Shown here piece after piece: positions 56,605 through 64,000 of a DNA stretch of 64,000 nt (positions are counted from its first letter, which is position 1; every line of letters starts with the position of its first letter). Both the position numbers and the translations under genes were made by a program. The notes beneath the pieces were generated by a model. The model searched no databases. It had not been told where the DNA came from and saw only the letters and a program-made list of their open reading frames with translations. This DNA comes from Betaproteobacteria bacterium (GTDB lineage Bacteria > Pseudomonadota > Gammaproteobacteria > Burkholderiales > SG8-41), in assembly GCA_947476215.1 (NCBI GenBank), contig CANJQI010000003.1, forward strand, positions 5,980 to 69,979, written 5' to 3'.

Positions 56605-57582
56605 TCAATTGACCTTTAATCCGGTTTCTTTGACCAGCCGCGTCCACTTCGCGACTTCGTTCCTGATCGTTTCCAGCGCTGCCTCCGGCGTGCTGCCCTG
56701 AGGTTCCACGCCTTCCTTGCCCACTCTCTGCCGGAAATCGTCGGACTTCACAATCCTGACGATTTCCTGATTGAGCTGCATTACTATCGACCGCGGTATC
56801 CCCGCCGGCCCCAGCACCGCATACCATGCGCCGCTTTCATACCCCTTGATACCCTGAGAATCCAGCGTCGGCACGTCGGGCAATGCGTCCGCGCGCTTTG
56901 ATCCGGTAATCGCAAGCGCCTTGAGACGACCATCCCGGACAAACGGCGTGGCGCCGGTGCTGCTGCCAAACATGAACTGGATTTCGCCACCCAATAGCGC
57001 GGAGTAAGTGGGGCCCGTCCCCTTGTATGGGATATGAACGATATCGACGTTGGTGACGAACTTGAACAACTCGGTGGACAGATGGGTCTGGGTGCCGGCG
57101 CCCGAGGAACCATAATTAAGCTGCCCGGGCTTTGCCCTGGCAAGCTCGATAAACTCTCTTAGTGTGCCGACCGGCAATTTGGGATTGATCACCAGCAGAT
57201 GCTCCGCTGTTCCTATCACCGAGACCGGCGTAAAGTCCCTGATCGAGTCATACGGAAGTTTGGGTTCGAACGCCTGGCTCACGCCGTGGCTGCTGTTATT
57301 CGCCATCATCAGCGTATGGCCATCGGGTTTGGAACGCGCCACGAATTCCGAACCTATCGCGTTCGCCGCGCCCGGACGATTCTCAACCACCACCGTTTGC
57401 TTCAGCGCCTCGGCGAGTTTGGGCGCCAGCACTCTCGACATGAAGTCGACCCCGCCTCCCGGCGCCACCGGCACGATAAAGACTATGGAGCGCGTCGGAA
57501 ATGGCTGGGAGAAAGCAGGCACGCACAGCAGACACGATGCGCAAAAAGCAAACAAGACACCACCAGACCGCTGCAGATTCAT
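56605..57582 (-). CDS. Bug-family TTT substrate-binding protein
   Basis: FPTRSIVFIVPVAPGGGVDFMSR... Confidence 0.9.
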   Translation of the reverse strand: MNLQRSGGVLFAFCASCLLCVPAFSQPFPTRSIVFIVPVAPGGGVDFMSRVLAPKLAEALKQTVVVENRPGAANAIGSEFVARSKPDGHTLMMANNSSHGVSQAFEPKLPYDSIRDFTPVSVIGTAEHLLVINPKLPVGTLREFIELARAKPGQLNYGSSGAGTQTHLSTELFKFVTNVDIVHIPYKGTGPTYSALLGGEIQFMFGSSTGATPFVRDGRLKALAITGSKRADALPDVPTLDSQGIKGYESGAWYAVLGPAGIPRSIVMQLNQEIVRIVKSDDFRQRVGKEGVEPQGSTPEAALETIRNEVAKWTRLVKETGLKVN

Positions 57583-57641
57583 GTTCGACTCCTGATAGAA
57601 AACAGTTGCTTATTGAACCTTCCACAATTCATGACATACAC

Positions 57642-57727
57642 CCGTCATTCCGGTGACAACCGCAATCCAGTATCGTTATTGAGGTTCCCATCAGTGTGTC
57701 TGGGTCCCGGTGTCCACCGGGACGACG
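57642..57727 (+). repeat. REP/MITE-like element, family 2, copy 2
   Basis: ccgtcattccggtgacaaccgcaatccagtatcg...gtgtgtctgggtcccggtgtccaccgggacgacg. Confidence 0.65.
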
Positions 57728-57855
57728 ATTCTTTATAAGCACTCTTAATATGGAAATTACAATAATTGAGAATCTCTCCCGGAACGGCGCCGCATTATTC
57801 CCGGGCTCATTATCCTACATCCGATCACCGCACGTCCCGGAAACGGCCATCCCCA

Positions 57856-59334
57856 TCACCGTGCTGTTCTTGAACGGTCTATGAGTCGATGTAGATTTTT
57901 TCCAAAATCGGTATTGTCCTGATATCCCCTGAACAACCGTGCCCCGGGCCCCAGCGCACCGACCACGACCGGCTCGGAGGTATGGCCGGACGTTCCCCAG
58001 TAGAGTCCGGTCTGGCGCGCCACCATGCGCGACAGGGCGCCCGACGTGGCATACAGAAAGTTTCGCTCCAGCGGCTGCTGATTGAGTATGGTTTCACGCA
58101 AGTCCGCATCCAGTGTAAACCCGGGGAAATGCCGGGCCAGCATCTCGTCCAGCACTTCCGGTGCGGGCTTGCGCCCGAGTTTGTCTGCGGCCTGCTTGAT
58201 GGAGATCCCTATGCCAGCGATGAGCTTCAGGTGCGATGCACCCATGGAAAAAACACGTGCGCCCGATCCCGGGCTCGCGCCGCTGCGCGCGTAAGTGGGA
58301 GACAATCCCCCTGTTTCGTGATCGCTGCACACGATCAGCAGCGTTTCGCCGCGCGTCTTGCGCTGAAACTCAAGAGCAACCTGCACGGCCTTGTCAAAAG
58401 CCCATAGGGCCTTGATCAGACCTGCCGCATCCATCGCGTGTCCTGCGGTATCAGGGTTTTCATTTTCGACGAACAAAACGAAGCCGCGCGGACTGCCGCG
58501 GCTCAATGCCTTGAGCGCGGCGGCGGTCATTTGCGCGGTGGTGGGTTGTTTATGCGGATCGCTGTCGATTTCGAGATCCATGTCCTGATCGGCGAATAGT
58601 CCGAGCAGCTTGGATCCCTGCGCGGCATTCAGCTGCGCGGTATCCCTGACGACCTGGTAGCCCCTGCCGGCGAAGGCGGCCATGACATCCCTGCTGTCGC
58701 TGCGCTTGCCGCCCGCCGAACCGGACGGCAGAAAATAATCCGCGCCACCGCCCAGCAGCACATCGGGCGCCAGCGCCAGGTACTGATCGACAATGGACTG
58801 GAATTCACTGCGCGAGCGCGCATGCACGCTGAATGCGGCCGGCGACGCATCGTAGACCATTGCCGTGGTCACCAGGCCCAGGCGCTTGCCGGCGGCCTTG
58901 GCTGCTTCCATCACCGTCTTGTACGGTTTTCCGTCCGGACTCATGGACACCGCGAAATTGTTGACCTTGTACCCGGTCGACATCGCCGAAGCCGCCGCCG
59001 CCGAATCGGTAATATATGCATCGAGCGGATGCGTGGACAACATCCCCAGCTCGCCTTTGCGAAACACGACGTCGGTGACGGTAAATGATTCGTTAAACAG
59101 TTGGCGCGCCGAATATTTTCCGAGTTCCCACTGCGTTGCTGTCGCCCCGTCGGCGAACATGATGATGATGTTCTTGGGGTGGCGAAGTCCGCCGCGCCTT
59201 TCAGCCGCATCGACCGATATACTGGCGCTGACGATGCTGACCACCAACAAAGACACGATCAGCCGGTTCGAGCGCCGGAGTCCCAGAAGCATCACGGCAA
59301 GAAACATTAAAAAACTGCGTGGAAGATCACACAT
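57856..59334 (-). CDS. PhoA-family alkaline phosphatase (exported)
   Basis: NIIIMFADGAT...DSAAAASAMSTGYKV (nucleophile Ser context)...CSDHETGG...WGTSGHT. Signal-like N-terminus. ATG 59334 overlaps the dnaE stop by 8 nt; an alternative ATG at 59307 lies 20 nt after it. Confidence 0.85.
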   Translation of the reverse strand: MCDLPRSFLMFLAVMLLGLRRSNRLIVSLLVVSIVSASISVDAAERRGGLRHPKNIIIMFADGATATQWELGKYSARQLFNESFTVTDVVFRKGELGMLSTHPLDAYITDSAAAASAMSTGYKVNNFAVSMSPDGKPYKTVMEAAKAAGKRLGLVTTAMVYDASPAAFSVHARSRSEFQSIVDQYLALAPDVLLGGGADYFLPSGSAGGKRSDSRDVMAAFAGRGYQVVRDTAQLNAAQGSKLLGLFADQDMDLEIDSDPHKQPTTAQMTAAALKALSRGSPRGFVLFVENENPDTAGHAMDAAGLIKALWAFDKAVQVALEFQRKTRGETLLIVCSDHETGGLSPTYARSGASPGSGARVFSMGASHLKLIAGIGISIKQAADKLGRKPAPEVLDEMLARHFPGFTLDADLRETILNQQPLERNFLYATSGALSRMVARQTGLYWGTSGHTSEPVVVGALGPGARLFRGYQDNTDFGKNLHRLIDRSRTAR

Positions 59335-62300
59335 AAACCACCTTCACATTATCGGCGGTCAACCACGCGCACAGGGACGCCAGCAGATTCTCGCTCACAT
59401 TGACGCGCCATGCATCACCGAGCTCAATCTCGCAACTCGCGCTGCAGTTGTGATAAACAATCGATACCGGGCACGGCCCGTTGCGGTAGGGTGACAGCAG
59501 ATCCTTGAGCTTTTGCGCGGATGACTGGCCGTTGCAGGTCAGGCGCACGCCGCGTGCATACAGATTACGCGCGGCATTCAGGTCGTAGACTTTTTCCGCG
59601 TTGATGCGCATGAACGATGTTTCCGGCTCGTCACCCCCGCCGCTGCGCGTGATATTGCGCACCTTGACTTCCATGACGAGCACCGCGTCCTCGACAACGA
59701 TGTTGCGATATTGATCGAATACCTCGCCGTATATCACCACCTCCTGCGTGGCGTTACCGTCGCTGATGGTAACGATGGCCATGCGCGACGTCTGCGACTT
59801 CGTAAATCGCACGGACTCCACGATGCCGGCGATCATCTGCGCCGGCGCGCTGTTGGCATAGCCCTGGCTAGGCGTCAGCCTGTCGAGCGTGGTCCGCACG
59901 AACTGGCTGATTTCCTCCCGATAAGCCGAGTACGGATGACCGGAAAGATAATAGCCGAGCGCAACCTTCTCCTCTTTAAGCTGCGCGCGCTGATCCCAGC
60001 GCGGCGCCTCCACCATCGCCGGATGGGCATGTTGCCCGTCGTCGCCGTCTCCGAACAGGCTGACCTGCTGCGCGTTGCGCTCGCGCTGTTCGGCGGCGCC
60101 GAGCGCAATGCCCACCGACGCCAGCAGGCGCGCACGATGATCTTCTATGCTGTCGAAAGCGCCGGCACGTATCAGCGCTTCGACGACGCGACGGTTGACG
60201 ATGCGTTTGTCGACACGTTCGCAAAAGTCGAACAGATTCCGGAATGGTCCGTCCTTGTCGCGTGCGACGACGATGGACGCAATGGCCGACTGTCCTGTAC
60301 CTTTGACGCCACCCAATCCGTAACTGATGGTAGACAGATCCAGCGGCACGAAGCGGTAGTCGCCGCGATTGATGTCCGGCGGCAGTATCTTTAGTTTGTT
60401 GCCTGCGGCATCTTCGTAAAAAAGCTTGACCTTGTCAGTGTCATCCATGACCGCCGACAAGTTGGCCGCCATGAACGCGGCGCAGTGATGCGCCTTGAAA
60501 TACGCAGTCTGATAGGCCACCAGCGCATACGCCGCAGCATGCGACTTGTTAAAGCCGTAGCCGGCAAATTTCTCCATCAAATCAAATAGTTCTTCAGCCT
60601 TTGTGGCGTTGACACCATTCTTCGTCGCGCCTTCGCTGAACAGCCCCCGGTGCTGCGCCATCTCCTCGGGCAGTTTCTTGCCCATCGCGCGCCGCAACAA
60701 ATCCGCGCCACCCAGGCTGTAGCCGCCGATGATCTGCGCCATCTGCATGACCTGTTCCTGGTACACCATGATGCCGTAGGTTTCGGCGAGTATTTCCTCG
60801 ACGCGCGGATCCGGGTAGTCGAACTTTCTGCCGTGCTTGCGCGCGATGTAGTCCGGAATGAGATCCATGGGGCCGGGCCTGTACAGCGCCACCAGCGCGA
60901 TGATGTCCTCGAAGCGGTCAGGCCGTGCCTGCTTGAGCAGATCGCGCATGCCGCGCGATTCAAACTGGAATATGGCTGTGGTGTTGGCACTCGAAAAGAT
61001 CCGGTAGGCGTCCGCATCATCGAGCGGCAGCGCGCTGAGCACGATCTGTAACGCGGGGTCCAGCCGTTTGATATATCGAAGTGTCCAGTCAAGTATGGTC
61101 AGCGTGGTCAGGCCCAGAAAGTCAAACTTGACCAGGCCCACCGCTTCGACATCCTTCATGTCGAACTGGCTGACCACGCTCTCCGAGCCCTCGGCCGCAT
61201 ACATCGGACAAAAATCGGTGATCTTGCCCGGTGCGATCAACACGCCGCCGGCATGCATGCCGACATTGCGCGTCATGCCTTCAAGCCGGCCCGCCAATTC
61301 CAGCAGTTCGCGCACCTCGTCTTCGTTCTTTTCACGCTCCCTGAGCAACGGCTCCATCTCGCGCGCCTTGGCGAGCGTGATGTGCTGTCCCGGCTGAAAC
61401 GGAATCAACTTGGCGATCTGATCGCAGAAGTTGTAGCCGAGATCGAGCACCCGGCCGACATCGCGCACCACCGCTTTTGCCGCCATGGTGCCGAACGTGG
61501 CAATCTGCGACACGCTGTCGGAACCGAATTTGCCGCGCACGTATTCAATGACGCGATCGCGCCCGTCCTGGCAGAAGTCGATATCAAAGTCCGGCATGGA
61601 CACGCGTTCCGGATTCAGGAAGCGTTCGAACAGCAAGTCATAGCGCAGCGGATCGAGATCGGTGATGCTCAGGCTATATGCAACCAGTGAACCCGCGCCC
61701 GAACCGCGGCCCGGTCCGACCGGCACGCCGTTGCTTTTCGCCCAGTTGATGAAGTCCGCGACGATCAGGAAGTAGCCCGGGAATCCCATCTGTATGATGG
61801 TCTTGATCTCGAATTCGAGGCGCTTGCGATACTGCGGCAGCTTTTCCGCGCGCACTGCGGCATCCGGGTAAAGCAGGGGCAAGCGCGCGTCCAATCCCGC
61901 CTGCGCGCGCTGAACGAGATAGTCGTCGAGGCTCTCATTGCCGGGCGTGGGAAATTTGGGTAGCTTGGACTTCCCCAGTTCGAGCGTGAGATTGCAGCGC
62001 CTGGCGATCTCCACGCTGTTGGCGAGCGCCTGCGGAATATCGACGAACAACTGCGCCATCTCGGCCTGCGACTTGAAATACTGATCCGCGCCGTAAAGTC
62101 TGGGGCGACGCTGATCGGACAACATATAACCTTCCGCAATGCACACGCGCGCCTCGTGCGCCCTGAAGTCGTCGGCTTGCAGGAACTGCACCGGATGCGT
62201 GGCCACGACGGGAAGTTTGAGTTCGGAAGCCAATTGCAGCGATTGCTGCACGCAGTTTTCAACGTTGGCTCTCGTTCCCGCCTGCGGCTGCGGACGCTGC

Positions 62301-62812
62301 AGTTCGACGTAGTAGCGTTGCGGGAAACTTTTCGCCCACCATCGCGCGAGCTTCAGTGCCTGCTTCGAATTTCCGGCAATCAGCGCCAAACCGACATCGC
62401 CATGATGCGCGCCCGACAATGCGATCAGGCCCTCGGCAGCCTTGGCCGTCATCCACTCGCGCTTGCACTCCGCACGCCCGCGATACTGGTTGGTGCGGTA
62501 AGCGCGCGTCAGCAGCTCGCACAGATTACCGTAGCCGGTACGCGACTGGCACAGCAGCAGCAGACGCGCGGGTTTGTCGCGGTCGGACTCGTTCTCAATC
62601 CAGACATCGCAGCCAAGCACCGGTTTGACACCGCGGCTGCGTGCCTCTTTGTAGAACTTGATGGCGCCGAACAGGTTGGAGAGATCGGTCAACGCCAGCG
62701 CCGGCATGCGATCCGCGACCGCAGCCGCGACCGCTTCTTCCAGGCGCACGATGCCGTCGGTCACCGAATACTCGCTGTGCAGCCTGAGGTGTACAAACGA
62801 CGTCTGTGTCAT
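59327..62812 (-). CDS. dnaE: DNA polymerase III alpha subunit
   Basis: 1161-aa ORF with PHP N-terminus FVHLRLHSEYS and a full-length DnaE layout. Confidence 0.95.
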   Translation of the reverse strand: MTQTSFVHLRLHSEYSVTDGIVRLEEAVAAAVADRMPALALTDLSNLFGAIKFYKEARSRGVKPVLGCDVWIENESDRDKPARLLLLCQSRTGYGNLCELLTRAYRTNQYRGRAECKREWMTAKAAEGLIALSGAHHGDVGLALIAGNSKQALKLARWWAKSFPQRYYVELQRPQPQAGTRANVENCVQQSLQLASELKLPVVATHPVQFLQADDFRAHEARVCIAEGYMLSDQRRPRLYGADQYFKSQAEMAQLFVDIPQALANSVEIARRCNLTLELGKSKLPKFPTPGNESLDDYLVQRAQAGLDARLPLLYPDAAVRAEKLPQYRKRLEFEIKTIIQMGFPGYFLIVADFINWAKSNGVPVGPGRGSGAGSLVAYSLSITDLDPLRYDLLFERFLNPERVSMPDFDIDFCQDGRDRVIEYVRGKFGSDSVSQIATFGTMAAKAVVRDVGRVLDLGYNFCDQIAKLIPFQPGQHITLAKAREMEPLLREREKNEDEVRELLELAGRLEGMTRNVGMHAGGVLIAPGKITDFCPMYAAEGSESVVSQFDMKDVEAVGLVKFDFLGLTTLTILDWTLRYIKRLDPALQIVLSALPLDDADAYRIFSSANTTAIFQFESRGMRDLLKQARPDRFEDIIALVALYRPGPMDLIPDYIARKHGRKFDYPDPRVEEILAETYGIMVYQEQVMQMAQIIGGYSLGGADLLRRAMGKKLPEEMAQHRGLFSEGATKNGVNATKAEELFDLMEKFAGYGFNKSHAAAYALVAYQTAYFKAHHCAAFMAANLSAVMDDTDKVKLFYEDAAGNKLKILPPDINRGDYRFVPLDLSTISYGLGGVKGTGQSAIASIVVARDKDGPFRNLFDFCERVDKRIVNRRVVEALIRAGAFDSIEDHRARLLASVGIALGAAEQRERNAQQVSLFGDGDDGQHAHPAMVEAPRWDQRAQLKEEKVALGYYLSGHPYSAYREEISQFVRTTLDRLTPSQGYANSAPAQMIAGIVESVRFTKSQTSRMAIVTISDGNATQEVVIYGEVFDQYRNIVVEDAVLVMEVKVRNITRSGGGDEPETSFMRINAEKVYDLNAARNLYARGVRLTCNGQSSAQKLKDLLSPYRNGPCPVSIVYHNCSASCEIELGDAWRVNVSENLLASLCAWLTADNVKVVYV

Positions 62813-62953
62813 GCACGCATTTTATCGCGTTCGGCTGGGCGTGCGGTTGGACGCGGTTGCGTTATCATTGCCGCAAGAGGAAAACCCGGCGGCACTTTTC
62901 GGCAATTCGCGTGTCTTATTAGGGAATTAAACGATCACAGGAAAAACAAGAAC

Positions 62954-63412
62954 ATGTCTAAACTGATTGCAACAATTCTGTTGGTGCTGCTTGCGGGCGG
63001 GGCTGTAGCACAGGGCTTTTATTACCAGTCCATCATGCCTGACGGCCGCAAGGTGATCGGCGACAAACCCGCTCCCGGCGCCAAGGAAGTACATAAGATG
63101 CCGCTCACCAATGGCAACACTTCCGCGCCTTTGTCAATCCCCGCTCAACCGGGGGACGGAGCAGCATCCAACCAGCAGACACTCGACGCGGCCACGGCCG
63201 AAGTCACTGCGGCACAGCGCAATCTGGCCGCCGCCAAGGCTGCACTTGAATCTGGCCAGGAACCGCAAGGCGGCGAGCGCACCGGCACCGCCAAAGGCGG
63301 TTCGCAATTGACGGGAGCTTACGCAAAACGCATTAAATCCCTGGAAGACGGGGTCGCCGCCGCGCAAAAGCAGTTGGACGACGCATTGTCGCGGCGCAAT
63401 GCGGCACGTTGA
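62954..63412 (+). CDS. DUF4124-like secreted protein with coiled-coil C-terminus
   Basis: Real start MSKLIATILLVLLAGGAVAQG (62954). FYYQSIMPDGRKVIGDKP resembles the DUF4124 motif. The rest of the 418-aa track ORF is antisense to dnaE. Confidence 0.7.
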   Translation: MSKLIATILLVLLAGGAVAQGFYYQSIMPDGRKVIGDKPAPGAKEVHKMPLTNGNTSAPLSIPAQPGDGAASNQQTLDAATAEVTAAQRNLAAAKAALESGQEPQGGERTGTAKGGSQLTGAYAKRIKSLEDGVAAAQKQLDDALSRRNAAR

Positions 63413-63577
63413 TACCGGTTGCATGCGTTATTATTAATAATTCCGCGGGTAGCTGACAATCTCCACTTTTGGAATTCTTCCTTCTCCCTCGGGGAGAGGG
63501 ACCGAGGGTGAGGGCGCGCTTTTCCCAAGTAAGTAGCGTCGCGACGCTCCCACAAGTACAAACCATCCTGTCCAAAA

Positions 63578-64000
63578 ATGAAACCCAGTCAATCGCATAT
63601 TCACACCATACGAAATCTCCACTACCACGTCCGCACGTGGGGTGATCCGCACGCGCCGCGAATGTTTCTGCTGCATGGCTGGATGGACGTCTCTGCATCG
63701 TTTCAGTTTCTGGTCGACAGTTTTCAACGGGACTGGTACGTGATCGCCCCTGACTGGCGCGGCTTTGGCCTCACGGAATGGGCGCGCGACGGATATTGGT
63801 ATCCCGACTACTTTGCCGATCTCGAAGCGCTGATCGACATCTATCAGCGCGATACGCCAGTCTTCCTCGTGGGTCACAGCATGGGCGGCATCATCGCCAG
63901 CACCTACGCCGGCATACACCCGCAGCACGTTTCCCGGCTGATATCCCTTGAAGGCTTCGGTCTTGCGCGCACTGCGCCGGACGCCGCGCCCAAACGTTAT
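63578..64000 (+). CDS. Alpha/beta-fold hydrolase, N-terminal part (runs off right edge)
   Basis: ATG at 63578 reads MKPSQSHIHTIRNLHYHVRTWGDPHAPRMFLLHGWMD...FLVGHSMGG (oxyanion HG and nucleophile elbow GHSMG). It is absent from the ORF track because there is no stop in the window. Confidence 0.8.
   Translation, partial: MKPSQSHIHTIRNLHYHVRTWGDPHAPRMFLLHGWMDVSASFQFLVDSFQRDWYVIAPDWRGFGLTEWARDGYWYPDYFADLEALIDIYQRDTPVFLVGHSMGGIIASTYAGIHPQHVSRLISLEGFGLARTAPDAAPKRY

Noticed and set aside
42811-57727. Repeated palindromic elements as a possible CRISPR array
   Set aside because: The copies are kilobases apart, lie in both orientations, are 90-160 bp long and internally palindromic. There are no regular repeat-spacer units and no cas genes.
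62156-62953. First 266 codons of the 418-aa plus-strand ORF
   Set aside because: They are antisense to dnaE. Only the last 152 codons (signal peptide onward) look like a real gene.
63434-63928. 164-aa minus-strand ORF
   Set aside because: It is antisense to an alpha/beta hydrolase reading frame with HG and GHSMG motifs that runs off the window.

Overview
GC-rich chromosomal segment, most likely from a betaproteobacterium (Burkholderiales-like). This is suggested by the tpiA-secG-tRNA-Leu/nuo synteny and by nine Bug-family (TTT) solute-binding paralogs. Almost all real genes were separable from long antisense 'shadow' ORFs.

Layout:
(1) 1-5403: 5' half of the nuo operon (nuoG' F E D C B A, minus strand).
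(2) 5.4-18.3 kb: a ~12.9 kb accessory block wedged between nuoA and tRNA-Leu(GAG)-secG-tpiA. It holds gene-fragment scars (RHH antitoxin pseudogene, a nuoA internal fragment, a truncated hybrid-kinase paralog), a c-di-GMP/hybrid histidine kinase operon, a GAF-PP2C pseudogene, beta-carbonic anhydrase, 1-Cys peroxiredoxin, a persulfide dioxygenase-rhodanese-DUF2892 fusion, an LLM oxidoreductase and a GFA protein.
(3) 19.6-26.6 kb: a membrane-lipid cluster of three divergent gene pairs (psd, a TM-anchored class-III aminotransferase, an Mpo1/DUF962-like protein, two GT4 glycosyltransferases, an unknown polytopic membrane protein).
(4) 26.7-39.8 kb: a Pho supercluster (Bug, phoX, PlcP-like metallophosphoesterase, dgkA, STAS protein, pstSCAB-phoU, phoR-phoB). 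I can read Pho boxes with an 11-bp half-site phase and a constant 10-nt gap to a TAnnnT-like -10 hexamer in front of at least six transcription units.
(5) 39.8-57.6 kb: Bug genes interspersed with vapBC, beta-oxidation genes (acyl-CoA dehydrogenase, FadB-like), an FAD oxidoreductase, a methyltransferase and an FAH-family hydrolase, plus three families of MITE/REP-like palindromic repeats.
(6) 57.9-64 kb: PhoA-type alkaline phosphatase abutting dnaE, a DUF4124 protein and the start of an alpha/beta hydrolase.

No rRNA, CRISPR array, integrase or transposase was seen.

Most interesting hypothesis: the Pho-boxed plcP-like/dgkA pair together with the nearby lipid cluster form a phosphate-sparing membrane-lipid remodelling system that contains uncharacterised components. 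A Pho-boxed orphan STAS protein sits ahead of pstS.

All motif coordinates were indexed by hand and may be off by 1-2 nt.
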